DNA from: an uncultured Ignavibacteria bacterium
GTDB lineage: Bacteria > Bacteroidota > Ignavibacteria > Ch128b
Reading direction: 5' to 3'
DNA: 64,000 nucleotides
Assembly (NCBI GenBank): GCA_937944105.1
Contig: CALDZP010000033.1
Span: 2,034 to 66,033 of the forward strand
Shown here: one piece after another, positions 20,538-31,847 of the stretch
Numbering within the stretch: the first letter of the stretch is position 1
How the letters are laid out: every line of letters starts with the position of its first letter
Translations under genes and position numbers: made by a program
Notes under the pieces: generated by a model
Database searches by the model: none
Told to the model about the DNA's origin: nothing
What the model saw: only the letters and a program-made list of their open reading frames with translations

Positions 20538-21564
20538 TCTAAGAAGTGATACTGTTACAAAACCTTCAAAAGAGATGCGTGAATTTATGATGTCAGCTGA
20601 AGTGGGAGATGATGTTTTTGGTGAAGATCCAACTGTAAATAAACTTCAGGAGAAGGTTGCTGAATTACTAGGAAAGGAAGCTGCTCTTTTTGTACCAAGC
20701 GGAACTATGGGTAATCAACTCTGTATTAAAGCTCATACTCAACCATGGGATGAATTGATCTGTGATAAAGATGCTCATATTTATAATTATGAATCAGGTT
20801 CTATCGCTGGACTATCACATGTTCAGGTTATTCCTGTAAATGGCAAGAATGGAGTTTTTACTGCAGAACAGGTTGAAGAAGTAATTAGACCAGAAGCTTA
20901 TTACTTACCAAAAACTAAATTGGTTTGTATTGAGAATACTCATAATCGTGGTGGTGGTTCAATATTCCCGATCGATGAAATTAAGAGAATAAAAAATATC
21001 GTGGATAAATATGGTCTTAAATTTCATTTAGACGGCGCAAGATTATGGAATGCCTCGGTTGCAACTGGAATTAGTATGAGTGAATATGCAAAGTATTTTG
21101 ACTCTGTTTCTGTTTGTTTATCAAAAGGTCTTGGAGCTCCTGTTGGATCTGTTATTGCTGGAACAAAAGAATTTATAAAACTTGCACATCGATACAGAAA
21201 AGCATGGGGCGGAGGTATGCGTCAGGCTGGTATTTTAGCTGCTGCTGGTTTGTTTGCAATTGAAAATAATTTTAATAGATTGGCTGAAGATCATCGAAGA
21301 GCAAAATATTTTGCTAATGAAATATCAAAAATTTCTAGAATTAAACTTGATCCTGATAAAGTTCAAACAAACATTATTTTATTCGAAGTTGATGGATTAA
21401 CTGCTCAGGAAGTTTGTCAAATTGTAAAAGATCCATCAAAAACAGGTTCATCTTTGCTTCTTTCAGTCGGTAAAAAATATTTAGTTCGTGCTGTGACTCA
21501 TATTGATGTCAATGATAATGATATTGAAGAAGCAGTTAAAATTTTAAAAACATATTTCAATTAA
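20524..21564 (+). CDS. ltaE: Low-specificity L-threonine aldolase (PLP)
   Basis: Start at ATG 20524 (GGAG RBS); track start 20509 is [15 protein letters not shown] and GTMGNQ motifs; the PLP Lys lies in the SKGLGAP region. Confidence 0.8.
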   Translation: MRVIDLRSDTVTKPSKEMREFMMSAEVGDDVFGEDPTVNKLQEKVAELLGKEAALFVPSGTMGNQLCIKAHTQPWDELICDKDAHIYNYESGSIAGLSHVQVIPVNGKNGVFTAEQVEEVIRPEAYYLPKTKLVCIENTHNRGGGSIFPIDEIKRIKNIVDKYGLKFHLDGARLWNASVATGISMSEYAKYFDSVSVCLSKGLGAPVGSVIAGTKEFIKLAHRYRKAWGGGMRQAGILAAAGLFAIENNFNRLAEDHRRAKYFANEISKISRIKLDPDKVQTNIILFEVDGLTAQEVCQIVKDPSKTGSSLLLSVGKKYLVRAVTHIDVNDNDIEEAVKILKTYFN

Positions 21565-21589
21565 TCAACAAATTAAAAAAAGAGTTAAT

Positions 21590-22048
21590 ATGAACGATAC
21601 TTACGATATTTCAATATTTCCTGTGAAACTAGAAATTCAAGTACGCAGTTATGAAGTCGATTTCCAGAATGTTGTGAACAATGCAGTTTATTTTAATTAT
21701 TTTGAGCTTGCAAGAATTGATTATCGAAAGAAAATGGGATATAGCCTAAATCCAAATGGTACATTTTCCGATGGCTTGCTTTTCTTTGTAGCTCATAACG
21801 AATGTGATTACTTTTCACCTGCTTATCTTGATAATGAATTGATTATCTACACAAGAATTGATTACATTAAAAATTCAAGCTTAAATTTCGAACATTTAAT
21901 TTTTAATAAAACAACAAACCAATTTATTGCAAAAGGAAGTGGAGTAATTGTAAATGTCGATCCAATAACATTGAATCCAACTCCAATCCCGGATAAAATG
22001 ATTAAGGAAATAAAGTCATTCGATAAAACTGTAAAAGTATTTAGATGA
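21590..22048 (+). CDS. Acyl-CoA thioesterase, hotdog fold (YbgC/4HBT family)
   Basis: YEVDFQNVVNNAVYFNYFE active-site motif. Confidence 0.75.
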   Translation: MNDTYDISIFPVKLEIQVRSYEVDFQNVVNNAVYFNYFELARIDYRKKMGYSLNPNGTFSDGLLFFVAHNECDYFSPAYLDNELIIYTRIDYIKNSSLNFEHLIFNKTTNQFIAKGSGVIVNVDPITLNPTPIPDKMIKEIKSFDKTVKVFR

Positions 22049-22087
22049 AAGTTAATAAACTAATGAAATAAGATTTATTTCTAAGAA

Positions 22088-22786
22088 ATGAAAGAATTAA
22101 TATTTGATATAGAAACAGTTGGATATCCTTTTGAAAGTTTCGATGAATATCAACAGGAATATTTACTCCGCTTTGCAAATCTTGAGGAAACAGAAGAAAA
22201 ACGACAACAAAAAACTGAAGAAGTTATTAGATACTTAAACCTCAGTGCACTAACTGCTCAGGTTGTCGCAATTGGGTTTTACGATATTGGGATTAAAAAA
22301 GGATTGATTTTATTTCAATCTGATGATAAAGAACATTATAAATCTGAAAATGGTGAATTTACTTTTCATTCGGGTGATGAAAAATTTATTATTAAGAAAT
22401 TTTGGGAAATTATTACCAAATATGATCGGTTAATCTCTTTTAATGGTAGAAGTTTTGACGCTCCTTTCCTTTTGTTGCGTTCTGCTATGTTAAGAATTAA
22501 ACCGACGAAAAATTTAATTTCATATCGATACGATTCAAAAAGTCATTGCGATTTACTTGAACAGTTTACATTCTATGGTTTGACCAGAAAATATAATCTT
22601 GATTTTTATTGTAAAGCTTTCGGAATTGAAAGTTCAAAAAGAGGTGAAGTTACAGGTTATAACATCAATGAAATATTTAATCAAAAAAGATTTAGGGAAA
22701 TTGCTGAATATTGTAGCAAAGATTTATTAGCTACTAAAGAACTTTATTTAATTTATAAAAACTACCTCGAGTTTGATTCAAAATGA
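22088..22786 (+). CDS. RNase H-like / DEDD-type 3'-5' exonuclease domain protein
   Basis: [12 protein letters not shown] exo-I-like motif at the N-terminus. Overlaps the purL start by 4 nt. Confidence 0.45.
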   Translation: MKELIFDIETVGYPFESFDEYQQEYLLRFANLEETEEKRQQKTEEVIRYLNLSALTAQVVAIGFYDIGIKKGLILFQSDDKEHYKSENGEFTFHSGDEKFIIKKFWEIITKYDRLISFNGRSFDAPFLLLRSAMLRIKPTKNLISYRYDSKSHCDLLEQFTFYGLTRKYNLDFYCKAFGIESSKRGEVTGYNINEIFNQKRFREIAEYCSKDLLATKELYLIYKNYLEFDSK

Positions 22787-25008
22787 ATGAGATAGAAGTT
22801 ACACTTGATCTTGCATTAAAGCATGGCTTAACAGAAGAAGAATTTGAAAGAGTTAAAAAATTCCTGGGAAGAATTCCTAACTATACTGAACTTGGTTGCT
22901 ATAGTGTAATGTGGAGTGAGCACTGCAGTTATAAAAATTCAATCGCTTTGCTTAAGACTTTACCAAGAAGTGGAGGAAGACTTCTCGTTCAGGCTGGTGA
23001 AGAAAATGCTGGTCTTGTTGATATTGGTGATGGTTTTGCTGTGGCATTCAAAATCGAAAGTCACAATCATCCTTCCGCAGTTGAACCATATCAAGGCGCA
23101 GCAACTGGAGTTGGAGGGATATTAAGAGATATTTTCACAATGGGTGCAAGACCAATTGCGGCTCTTGATTCTTTGCGATTTGGGGATCTTAAAAATCCTA
23201 AAACAAAATTTCTTCTTAATGGAGTTGTTAAAGGCATTGGTGATTATGGCAATTGTTTTGGTGTTCCTACAGTTGCAGGTGAAGTTTATTTCGAAGAAGC
23301 TTATCAGGATAATTGCCTTGTTAATGCAATGGCTGTTGGAATTGTCAAAACTAATCGTATTGCTAAAGCAGTTGCTAAAGGTAAAGGAAATCCAGTTTTT
23401 ATTGTTGGTTCTTCGACAGGAAGAGATGGAATTCATGGTGCAACTTTCGCATCAGAGGAATTAAGTGATGAAACCGAATCCAGACGCTCAAATGTTCAAG
23501 TAGGCGATCCATTCGCTGAAAAACTTTTACTCGAAGCAACTCTTGAAATAATAAAAAAAGATTTAATAGTTGGTATTCAAGATATGGGAGCCGCTGGCAT
23601 TATTTGTTCAACTAGCGAGATGAGTGCAAGAGGAAACAGTGGAATGCGCATTGATTTAGATCTTGTTCCGCTCAGAGAAGATAATATGTCAGCTTATGAA
23701 ATTTTACTCTCAGAATCTCAAGAAAGAATGCTTGTTGTTGGGAAAAAAGGTTGTGAAGAAGAAATTAAAAAAGTTTTTGAAAAATGGGATTTACAATGTC
23801 TTAAAATAGGAGAAGTGATTGAAAACGATTTACTTGAATTTTATAAAGATGGAAAACTTGAAGCTAAATTGCCGGCATCTTCTCTTGTTCTGGGAGGAGG
23901 TGCACCTGTTTATTATCGTGAATGGAAAGAACCTGAATATTTCAAACAACTTTCTTCAATAGATTTATCAAATCTTCCAGAAATAAGAGATTTAAACGCT
24001 GCGTTACTTAAACTTTTATCTTCACCAAATATTACAAATAAAAACTGGATTTATCACCAATACGATTATACTGTTGGAACAAATACAGTAATCCAACCAG
24101 GATGTGATGCCGCAGTCATTAGGATTAAAAAAACAAATAAAGCTATTGCTGTCAAAACTGATTGTAATGGTAGATATGTTTACTTAAATCCTCGAAGAGG
24201 TACTATGATTGCAGTTGCTGAATCTGCCAGAAATGTTGCCTGTACTGGAGCGATACCAATTGCCATTACAAACTGTCTGAATTTTGGAAATCCCTACGAC
24301 AAAGAAATTTACTGGCAATTTAAAGAAGCTATCGAAGGAATGAAAGAAGCCTGTATTGTATTTGATACTCCAGTGACAGGTGGAAATGTTAGTTTCTATA
24401 ATGAGAGTAAAAATCATACTGTTTATCCGACACCTGTAATTGGAATGCTTGGTTTAATTGAAAATGTAATTCATATTACGAGTTCGTATTTCAAAGATGA
24501 AGGTGATTTAATTTATTTATTGGGTGAAACTGCACCAGAGATTGGTGGGAGTGAATTCTTAAAAGAATTTTTTAACAAAGTAGAAGGTGATATTCCACAA
24601 ATAAATTTAAAATTCGAAAAGCATTTAATAGATACTTTAATTTCTTTAATTCAAAAAGGATTTATTAAATCGGCTCATGATTTGAGTGATGGAGGTTTAG
24701 CTGTTGCAATTGCTGAGTGTTGTATAATGAATCGTAAGAAAAAAATTGGTGCTGAAATAAACATAAATATTAATTTTAGAAATGACTTTTTCCTCTTTTC
24801 TGAAAGTCAATCAAGAATTTTGATTACAGTTAATACACATTTTAAAAATGATGTTGAAAAATATCTTAACGATGCAAATATTCCGTTTGAAATGATTGGA
24901 ACTGTCGGTGGAGGTAAATTAAAAATTAATAATTTAATTGATTTAAGTCTTGAAGAATTAGATGATGCTTATTTTAATTCTTTTGAAAGATTAATGGAAA
25001 GTAAATGA
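22783..25008 (+). CDS. purL: Phosphoribosylformylglycinamidine synthase subunit PurL
   Basis: 741 aa. Two AIR-synthase-related repeats; [19 protein letters not shown] motif. Confidence 0.9.
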   Translation: MNEIEVTLDLALKHGLTEEEFERVKKFLGRIPNYTELGCYSVMWSEHCSYKNSIALLKTLPRSGGRLLVQAGEENAGLVDIGDGFAVAFKIESHNHPSAVEPYQGAATGVGGILRDIFTMGARPIAALDSLRFGDLKNPKTKFLLNGVVKGIGDYGNCFGVPTVAGEVYFEEAYQDNCLVNAMAVGIVKTNRIAKAVAKGKGNPVFIVGSSTGRDGIHGATFASEELSDETESRRSNVQVGDPFAEKLLLEATLEIIKKDLIVGIQDMGAAGIICSTSEMSARGNSGMRIDLDLVPLREDNMSAYEILLSESQERMLVVGKKGCEEEIKKVFEKWDLQCLKIGEVIENDLLEFYKDGKLEAKLPASSLVLGGGAPVYYREWKEPEYFKQLSSIDLSNLPEIRDLNAALLKLLSSPNITNKNWIYHQYDYTVGTNTVIQPGCDAAVIRIKKTNKAIAVKTDCNGRYVYLNPRRGTMIAVAESARNVACTGAIPIAITNCLNFGNPYDKEIYWQFKEAIEGMKEACIVFDTPVTGGNVSFYNESKNHTVYPTPVIGMLGLIENVIHITSSYFKDEGDLIYLLGETAPEIGGSEFLKEFFNKVEGDIPQINLKFEKHLIDTLISLIQKGFIKSAHDLSDGGLAVAIAECCIMNRKKKIGAEINININFRNDFFLFSESQSRILITVNTHFKNDVEKYLNDANIPFEMIGTVGGGKLKINNLIDLSLEELDDAYFNSFERLMESK

Positions 25009-25946
25009 CTTATAAATTCTTTAAAAATTTAAGAGAAAGTTTGAGACAAACATTAAGAAATTTTTGGAGATGGATTAAATTTTATGTGATCAATATTTAT
25101 GAAAAGATGGATAAGCATCATGCTTTTATTTTTGCCTCTGGAATGACCTACAATATCTTACTCTGCATTATTCCGATGGTACTAATTACATTTTCCGTTC
25201 TCGGTTCAATTCTTGAATCGCAGGAGCTATTAATCCAGATAAGCTTAATGATTGATGATATGTTTCCAGTATCCAATTATTCTGACAAAATAAAAGAAAT
25301 TTTATTTGAACGAATTGGAGAATTTATAAAATATAAAACTCTGGTTGGAACTGTTGGTATTGTTGGTTTATTTTTCACCGCAAGCGGGTTGTTTTCCACT
25401 TTTAGAACGATTTTAAATAACATCTATGGTATAGAAAAAGGTAAAAACATTTTAATTGCTAAAATTCGTGATTTCGGGATGGTAATTTTAACGCTGGTAT
25501 TTTTTCTATTGGTGATTCTTATTAATCCACTTCTACAAATTTTCAGAAATTTAGTAAATAGAATTGAGTTGCTAACTCAAATGGATTTGTCTTCGGTTGT
25601 TCAGATTATCATTAGATATTTGCCTTCTGCCTTGACTTTTTTAATGATGCTTTTAATTTATTCACTTGTTCCGTATCGAAAGATGCGAAAGCGGGTTTAT
25701 TTTATTTCAGCTCTTTGGGCAACTATTTTATTTGAAATTGCAAAAAATGGTTTTACTTATTATGTAACTAATGTTGCAAACTATTCAAAGATTTATGGGA
25801 ATATTGCATTTGCTATTGTTACGGCTTTATGGCTTTACATTGTATCAGTAATTTTTATTCTTGCTGCGATAATAGGCCAGGTTTATCGTGAAAAACATGA
25901 TTTAATGACAACACTGGAACGAAAACCCTTTATCTTCACAAATTAA
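25005..25946 (+). CDS. YihY/BrkB family membrane protein
   Basis: Six TM helices with YihY-type conserved N-terminus. Overlaps the purL stop. Confidence 0.7.
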   Translation: MTYKFFKNLRESLRQTLRNFWRWIKFYVINIYEKMDKHHAFIFASGMTYNILLCIIPMVLITFSVLGSILESQELLIQISLMIDDMFPVSNYSDKIKEILFERIGEFIKYKTLVGTVGIVGLFFTASGLFSTFRTILNNIYGIEKGKNILIAKIRDFGMVILTLVFFLLVILINPLLQIFRNLVNRIELLTQMDLSSVVQIIIRYLPSALTFLMMLLIYSLVPYRKMRKRVYFISALWATILFEIAKNGFTYYVTNVANYSKIYGNIAFAIVTALWLYIVSVIFILAAIIGQVYREKHDLMTTLERKPFIFTN

Positions 25947-26013
25947 ATAAACTTGATTACTTAATTTATACTATCATAAATTAAATCACGCAAAATCAGA
26001 TATCCAAAAATTT

Positions 26014-26574
26014 TCATCTTTTTCTCTGATATTTTCCCATCAATTCTCCCTGAGAAATAATATGACCTTTCATGGCATCGAGCAATTGTTTTTTGGTTGC
26101 TCCTGGACCGAGATTTAGTTTTATGTCAAGAGCAAAAATTTTAAAATAATACCTATGCACTCCTGAAGGTGGGCACGGACCTCCATATCCATATTTTTTC
26201 CAATCGTTGAGTCCATGGATAGAATTGTCTTTTAATATTTTTTCAGGAGGAATATTTTCTTTAAGTTCTTTTGTTTCGGGCGGAATGTTATACAAAACCC
26301 AATGAACCCAATCTCCAATAGGTGCGTCAGGATCATCGCAAATTAAAGCAATTGATTTTGTACCTTCCGGTATTCCCTCCCATTTCAAAGGGGGTGAAAT
26401 ATTTGCTCCGTCGCATGTATAAATTGACGGAATAAAATCACCATACTTAAATGCCGGACTTTCTATTTTAATTGCCATATTTTTTGCTCCTATTTTTGTT
26501 TGTGAAATTATTTGAAAGTGAAGGTTTAGAAAAGAAATCAAACACAAATAGAAAATTATAATTTGTTTAATCAT
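26014..26574 (-). CDS. YbhB/YbcL (PEBP / Raf-kinase-inhibitor-like) family protein, secreted
   Basis: Signal peptide. CDDPDAP...GDWVHWVLYNIP and GPCPPSGVHRYYFKIFALD PEBP motifs. Confidence 0.8.
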   Translation of the reverse strand: MIKQIIIFYLCLISFLNLHFQIISQTKIGAKNMAIKIESPAFKYGDFIPSIYTCDGANISPPLKWEGIPEGTKSIALICDDPDAPIGDWVHWVLYNIPPETKELKENIPPEKILKDNSIHGLNDWKKYGYGGPCPPSGVHRYYFKIFALDIKLNLGPGATKKQLLDAMKGHIISQGELMGKYQRKR

Positions 26575-26681
26575 AATTTCCCCATGAAAATTCTATTTTA
26601 ATATATTAAAAAAATGAAAAAGTTGTTTTGAAAGCTTCGTAACTTTACATATATAAATTCGTAAAAATTTAAAAACTGGTA

Positions 26682-27611
26682 TTGAAAATGCTAAAGTTAA
26701 TTAAAATCTTTATTCTCATTATTACATTTAAGTCATTTCTATTTGCCGGACCTCCTGATATTATTAAGCTTTACCTGATGGGTGAAATAATCTTTGATAA
26801 AACATTTCAAACTAAAGAAGGTAAAACTTTAGTTTTTGAAAGTTCAGCTGGTGACATTAGAATTTATACTTCTGATAAACCTGAAGTAAGAATTAAAATT
26901 TATGGTGATGAAGATGCACTTGATAGAATTGATTTGATTTATTCAGAAAATATTGATGGTATTAAAATTAAAGTCAAAAAGATTTCATCTTTTTGGGGAT
27001 TTTTCTCTAAGAGTTTTTATGTAGATTACGATTTAATTGTACCAAAAAAATATAATCTCAATATAGTTTCAGGTTCTGGGGATGTTTATTTAAAAAATTT
27101 ATTAGGGAATGTTAGAATTAAAACTTCCGGCGGTGATACAAAAATCGAGGGTGTGGAAGGAGAAGTATATGTTTCGGCTAGTGGTGGGGATATTTTCCTA
27201 AATAAAATAATTGGAAATGTTAAATCTCATACAAGTGGTGGAGATATTATTCTTAGAGAAATCTCAGGCGAAATTAATAGCTCCACAACAGGTGGTGATA
27301 TTAAAATTCAATCAAAGAATGGTTCTATCAATGCAAAAACTACCGGTGGAGATATAACAATTGATTATGCTGGTGAGAATAAAGGAATAATTGCCAGTAC
27401 CGTTGGTGGTGATATTTATCTTATATTGGATAAAACTATCGAAGGATTCTTTTCGTTGTCAACAATTGGTGGAGATATTATAAACGAATTTAATTTGACA
27501 TCTTTATACGAAAAAAAATCTTCAAAGCTTGAGGGCGAGCTAAACAAGAAAGAACCAAGAATTCAATGTAAAACTACAGGTGGAGATATTAAAATAATTA
27601 AAAGAAAGTAG
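26682..27611 (+). CDS. DUF4097-like putative beta-helical adhesin with about 8 internal repeats
   Basis: Signal peptide. Repeated (T/S)SGGD(I/T) units spaced about 20 aa apart. Confidence 0.6.
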   Translation: MKMLKLIKIFILIITFKSFLFAGPPDIIKLYLMGEIIFDKTFQTKEGKTLVFESSAGDIRIYTSDKPEVRIKIYGDEDALDRIDLIYSENIDGIKIKVKKISSFWGFFSKSFYVDYDLIVPKKYNLNIVSGSGDVYLKNLLGNVRIKTSGGDTKIEGVEGEVYVSASGGDIFLNKIIGNVKSHTSGGDIILREISGEINSSTTGGDIKIQSKNGSINAKTTGGDITIDYAGENKGIIASTVGGDIYLILDKTIEGFFSLSTIGGDIINEFNLTSLYEKKSSKLEGELNKKEPRIQCKTTGGDIKIIKRK

Positions 27612-27715
27612 ACCGAATTCTCTTTGCAAAATTCTTAGTTGCTTATTCTCTTTAAATTATTTAATTCTCACTAAAGTAATTTCAAATTCATTTAAATCAA
27701 TATTTCAACAAAAAA

Positions 27716-29701
27716 TTATTTTAAGTACTTTTTAAACCAGTTTAATCCTCTGTTAAGCATATTTAAGTAATGTTGAGGTTCATTTCTAATTCCGTGTCCT
27801 TCTCTTGGATAAACAACAAATTCAACCGCTTTACCCATTGTTTTCAACGCTTGATACATCTCTTGTGAATTTGCAAGATTCGTGTACTGATCTTTATCAC
27901 CTTGAAGAATTAAAACAGGAGTTTGAATATTTTGAACATAAAATGCTGGTGAGCGATTTACCCATAGATGATTCATATCGATTGGTTTTTCCCAGTAATA
28001 ATATCCGAAGTACATTTTCTCGAAAACCGGTTGCCATGAATTAGAAAAATCTGTGAAGAAACTGAAAATTCCATACATTGAAACAGCAGCAGCGAATCTA
28101 TTGGTTTGAGTTATTATCCAGTTTGTAAGATAACCACCATAACTTCCGCCAATTATTCCCATGCGAGTGGTATCAACGAATCCCATTTTTATTACTTCGT
28201 CAACTGATTGCATAGCATCTTTAAAATCACCTCCTCCAAGATCGTACCGATTTGATTGACCAAATTCATCTGAATAACCGGCACTTCCCCTTACATTAGG
28301 TGCAACAACAACGAATCCTTCGTTTGCATAAACTTGCATTGGATAGCTTTGTAGGAAAGTATTTTTGAAAGCACTATATGGACCTCCATGAACACATAAA
28401 ATTAATGGGTATTTTTTTGAAGGTTCGAAATCGACAGGTTTAATTAACATCGACTCAATTTTGAATTTTCTATCATAAGATTGGAAACTGAAAATTTCAG
28501 GTTGACTAATTTTGAAATCTTTTAATTGTTTTGAGTAATGTGTTAAAATTTCAGTTTTGCCAGTTACTAATCTGCCAATTTCCTTTAAATGAATGCCGTC
28601 TTCATATAAAAAATAAATTTCACCGTTTTTAGTGATTTGAAGATTGCTTATAACAGATTCTTCCTTTGTGAGTTTGGTAATAATTTTTTTGTTAATATTA
28701 ATTTGATAAATAGGAGTTGTGTAACCTTCATTAACCAGTGCGAAAATTATATTTTCTTTCGGATGCCAGATATAATTTATAATTGAGAGATGGAAATCTT
28801 TTGTAAGATTTGTTCTTGTTTTGTTTGATAAATCAATCAGTTCAACATCAGTTTCTGCAAATTCAATATCAGGAACAGTTTGTGAAATAAACGATAAATA
28901 TTTTTCATCAGGAGAGGTTTGAGGTTCGGTTTCAGGACCCTCAAAGTTTGTTAGTAGGATTGATTTTCCATCCAGTGTTAATTTATAAATATCGTGATTT
29001 TGGTCATCATTATATTCTCCTGTATAGTTAGTTTGATAAAGAATAAAATTTCCTTTACTTGAAAATCTCAAATTACTTATTCCAGCATCACCTTTGTATA
29101 TTTTTTTTAACTCGTTATTTGAAAAATTAAATAACCAGATTTCTTTTTTTGGATTCTCTTTGGGATAAACGATCTCATCATTTTTTGTTTTTTCTTTTTC
29201 ATCGTGGAGTTTTTTCAAACTGTCAGAAATTTCTTCATCTGATAATAAGGCTAAAAATTTACCATCAGGTGAAAATGTAAATTCATCAATACCATTTGGA
29301 AGGCGAATGAAATTTTCTGCTTCACCCCCGTATGGTGAAATTCGCCATAATTGCTTTTCACCTTTTATTATCTTATTAGATTTATCCTGAAATTCTCGTG
29401 AAGAAATAAAATAAATAAAATTCCCGTCCGGTGAAAAGGAAAAATTCCCCACCCCTGATGGATGTGTTGTCAGTTGTTTAATTTTTTTTGTTTTAGTATT
29501 TAATAAGTAAAGTTGATTTATCCATTTAGCTTCTTCAAAGTTTGGTTTTCTTATATTGTATGCTATAAAATTTCCATCATTTGATATGGATATTGATTGA
29601 GGATACTCGAGTTTAAATTGCTCTTCAAGTGTAAAAACTTTTTGTTGAGAAAAAATTAGACTTCCAAGTAATAAAAATACTATTAGTAGTTTTGATTTCA
29701 T
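27716..29701 (-). CDS. S9 family serine peptidase with N-terminal beta-propeller
   Basis: GGSYGGYLT nucleophile elbow (GxSxG), a C-terminal His motif, and an N-terminal TolB-like propeller. Signal peptide. Confidence 0.85.
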   Translation of the reverse strand: MKSKLLIVFLLLGSLIFSQQKVFTLEEQFKLEYPQSISISNDGNFIAYNIRKPNFEEAKWINQLYLLNTKTKKIKQLTTHPSGVGNFSFSPDGNFIYFISSREFQDKSNKIIKGEKQLWRISPYGGEAENFIRLPNGIDEFTFSPDGKFLALLSDEEISDSLKKLHDEKEKTKNDEIVYPKENPKKEIWLFNFSNNELKKIYKGDAGISNLRFSSKGNFILYQTNYTGEYNDDQNHDIYKLTLDGKSILLTNFEGPETEPQTSPDEKYLSFISQTVPDIEFAETDVELIDLSNKTRTNLTKDFHLSIINYIWHPKENIIFALVNEGYTTPIYQININKKIITKLTKEESVISNLQITKNGEIYFLYEDGIHLKEIGRLVTGKTEILTHYSKQLKDFKISQPEIFSFQSYDRKFKIESMLIKPVDFEPSKKYPLILCVHGGPYSAFKNTFLQSYPMQVYANEGFVVVAPNVRGSAGYSDEFGQSNRYDLGGGDFKDAMQSVDEVIKMGFVDTTRMGIIGGSYGGYLTNWIITQTNRFAAAVSMYGIFSFFTDFSNSWQPVFEKMYFGYYYWEKPIDMNHLWVNRSPAFYVQNIQTPVLILQGDKDQYTNLANSQEMYQALKTMGKAVEFVVYPREGHGIRNEPQHYLNMLNRGLNWFKKYLK

Positions 29702-29911
29702 TTTTAATCCTCAAATTTTAATTTCAATTTAAGTCAAAGATAAAAAATAATTGAATGCTTTATTAAACGATACTAAAAAATTTTTATTATTTTGTTGGTC
29801 AATTAATTATTGATTAAAAGAACTTATAAATTAAAATTTTAATTAACATTCGTTAATTGAACCATAAAAATATTCTCAATAACTTTGAAAAATTTTGAGG
29901 AGAAAAACTAT

Positions 29912-30547
29912 ATGAGCAAATTAATCTTACTCAGACATGGTGAATCACAATGGAATTTAGAGAATCGCTTCACTGGTTGGGTTGATGTACCATTAAGTCC
30001 AAGGGGTGAAGAAGAAGCCCGAAAAGCCGGTGAAAAATTAAAAAATATCAAAATAGATAAAAGATATACTTCAGTTTTGAAGCGAGCAATTGATACTGAT
30101 TTAATCGCTATGGAAGTTGCTGGAAAATTGGATGTGCCAGTTGAAAGAGATAAAGCTCTAAATGAAAGACATTATGGTGCTTTGCAAGGACTCAATAAAG
30201 AAGAAACCGCTCAGAAATATGGAAAGGAGCAGGTTCATCTCTGGAGAAGAAGTTATGACATCGCTCCCCCAAAGGATGTTACTCCGTTAAATCCTGATGG
30301 TATTAGTGAGAGTCTTAAGGATACTGCTGATCGTGTAATTCCTTATTTTCAAAATAAAATTAAACCAGATCTCGATGCAGGTCTGAATGTACTTGTAACA
30401 GCTCACGGTAATTCGCTAAGAGCACTTGTAATGCATCTCGATGGACTAACAAAAGAAGAAGTTCTCGAACTCAATATTCCCACCGGTGTTCCTATTGTTT
30501 ATGAATTTGAGAATGGTCAAATTGTAAAAAAATATTATCTCGAATGA
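29912..30547 (+). CDS. gpmA: 2,3-bisphosphoglycerate-dependent phosphoglycerate mutase
   Basis: Start at ATG 29912 (GAGGAG RBS). LLRHGESQWN catalytic His motif. Confidence 0.9.
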   Translation: MSKLILLRHGESQWNLENRFTGWVDVPLSPRGEEEARKAGEKLKNIKIDKRYTSVLKRAIDTDLIAMEVAGKLDVPVERDKALNERHYGALQGLNKEETAQKYGKEQVHLWRRSYDIAPPKDVTPLNPDGISESLKDTADRVIPYFQNKIKPDLDAGLNVLVTAHGNSLRALVMHLDGLTKEEVLELNIPTGVPIVYEFENGQIVKKYYLE

Positions 30548-31005
30548 TTTCAAAAAATTTTATTTACAAAATTTTATCAGATGTTGAATTAGAAAAAATC
30601 TCTGAAGAAATAAAAGAACAAGAGAAAAAAACCTCAGGAGAACTGAAAGTTTTAATTAAGAAAGGTAGAGGTTTTCTGGAAAGGAAAAAATCGATTAGAG
30701 AAATTGCAATAAGAGAATTCCACAGACTTGGAATGGCAAACACAAGAGAAAGAAGTGGAATTCTCTTTTTATTACTACTAAAAGATCGTGAATTTTATAT
30801 TCTTCCTGACGTTGGGATTTCAGAAAAAATTCCACAAAGTGTTTGGGATGAAATAGCAAGATTAACAGAGCAATATTTTCGTCAAAAAAATTTTTTTGAT
30901 GGAGTCATTCAAGTAATAAAAAAATGTGGTGAAATTTTAGCAGAGCATTTTCCTGTTAAACCCGGTGACATTGATGAATTGAGTAATAGAGTTGAAATTA
31001 GTTAG
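30544..31005 (+). CDS. TPM-domain-like protein (uncertain)
   Basis: SGILFLLLLKDREFYILPDVGISEKIP resembles the TPM core. Overlaps the gpmA stop by 4 nt. Confidence 0.45.
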   Translation: MISKNFIYKILSDVELEKISEEIKEQEKKTSGELKVLIKKGRGFLERKKSIREIAIREFHRLGMANTRERSGILFLLLLKDREFYILPDVGISEKIPQSVWDEIARLTEQYFRQKNFFDGVIQVIKKCGEILAEHFPVKPGDIDELSNRVEIS

Positions 31006-31716
31006 TAATGATTAATGTAATTTATGATAAATTTTTGATTAAACATTTTGAGATTCACCTCTCTTTAAATTCCATTTTGATTTAGAAAATATAAAGCTCC
31101 ATTAGAGATACCTGCCATAAAATGGTTTAAGAAGCAAATAAATAATTTTCATTTCGATCTTTACATTGATGGGGGTCAATATTGTTTTGAGTTTAATAAG
31201 CTTAACTTTTATTGTAATTAAATCAAAACTTTTTCCAAATGATTCTTCCACTTACATATTATTGAGATATTGAAAATATCGCAATAATGGTCGTTTTAAA
31301 AATTATTTTCTTTATACCTGTCATCGGGGATCTCGATTGAAAAATTAGGAACAAGCGATATTTTTTAAGCAAATAATTTGATAAATACTTTTTATTCATC
31401 CCGTGTTTAAGCATGCAATTACCATAATGTTTTATTCATTTGATTTACTACTTTGATTTTCAAGAACATATAACAATTTAATTATTTAGATAGTCGTTAT
31501 CTTTAGCTTGCATTGATATTTTATTAAAGAACATTTATTGAAAAAAAATCTAAATTGATATTTAGTCAAAAACTTTTTATTCATTTAAGGTGTTTCAAGC
31601 GAAGTGTGACAATCTATTTTAGTTGAGCAAAACATTTTAAGAAAATTTTTTTTATGAGGAATTATTAAAGAATTGTGCTTTCGCTTCGAGAATTTTTGAG
31701 ATTGGAATTGGGTTTA

Positions 31717-31816
31717 CATTCAACTCCTTCGGAGCTGTTTATTTTATCTGTTTTCATCTAACCCAGAGTTATACTCTGGCTATTCATTTTCAACTTTTTC
31801 GGAGTTGTTAATTTCG
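31717..31816 (+). repeat. Two roughly 29-nt direct repeats (31717-31745, 31785-31816), each a TTCG-loop hairpin plus T-run, flanking a perfect 7-bp hairpin
   Basis: CATTCAACTCCTTCGGAGCTGTTTATTTT and CATTTTCAACTTTTTCGGAGTTGTTAATTTCG. The central hairpin is CCAGAGT-tat-ACTCTGG at 31763-31779. Confidence 0.5.
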
Positions 31817-31847
31817 AAAATTCCTACTTAGGGACTTTCCAAAAATT

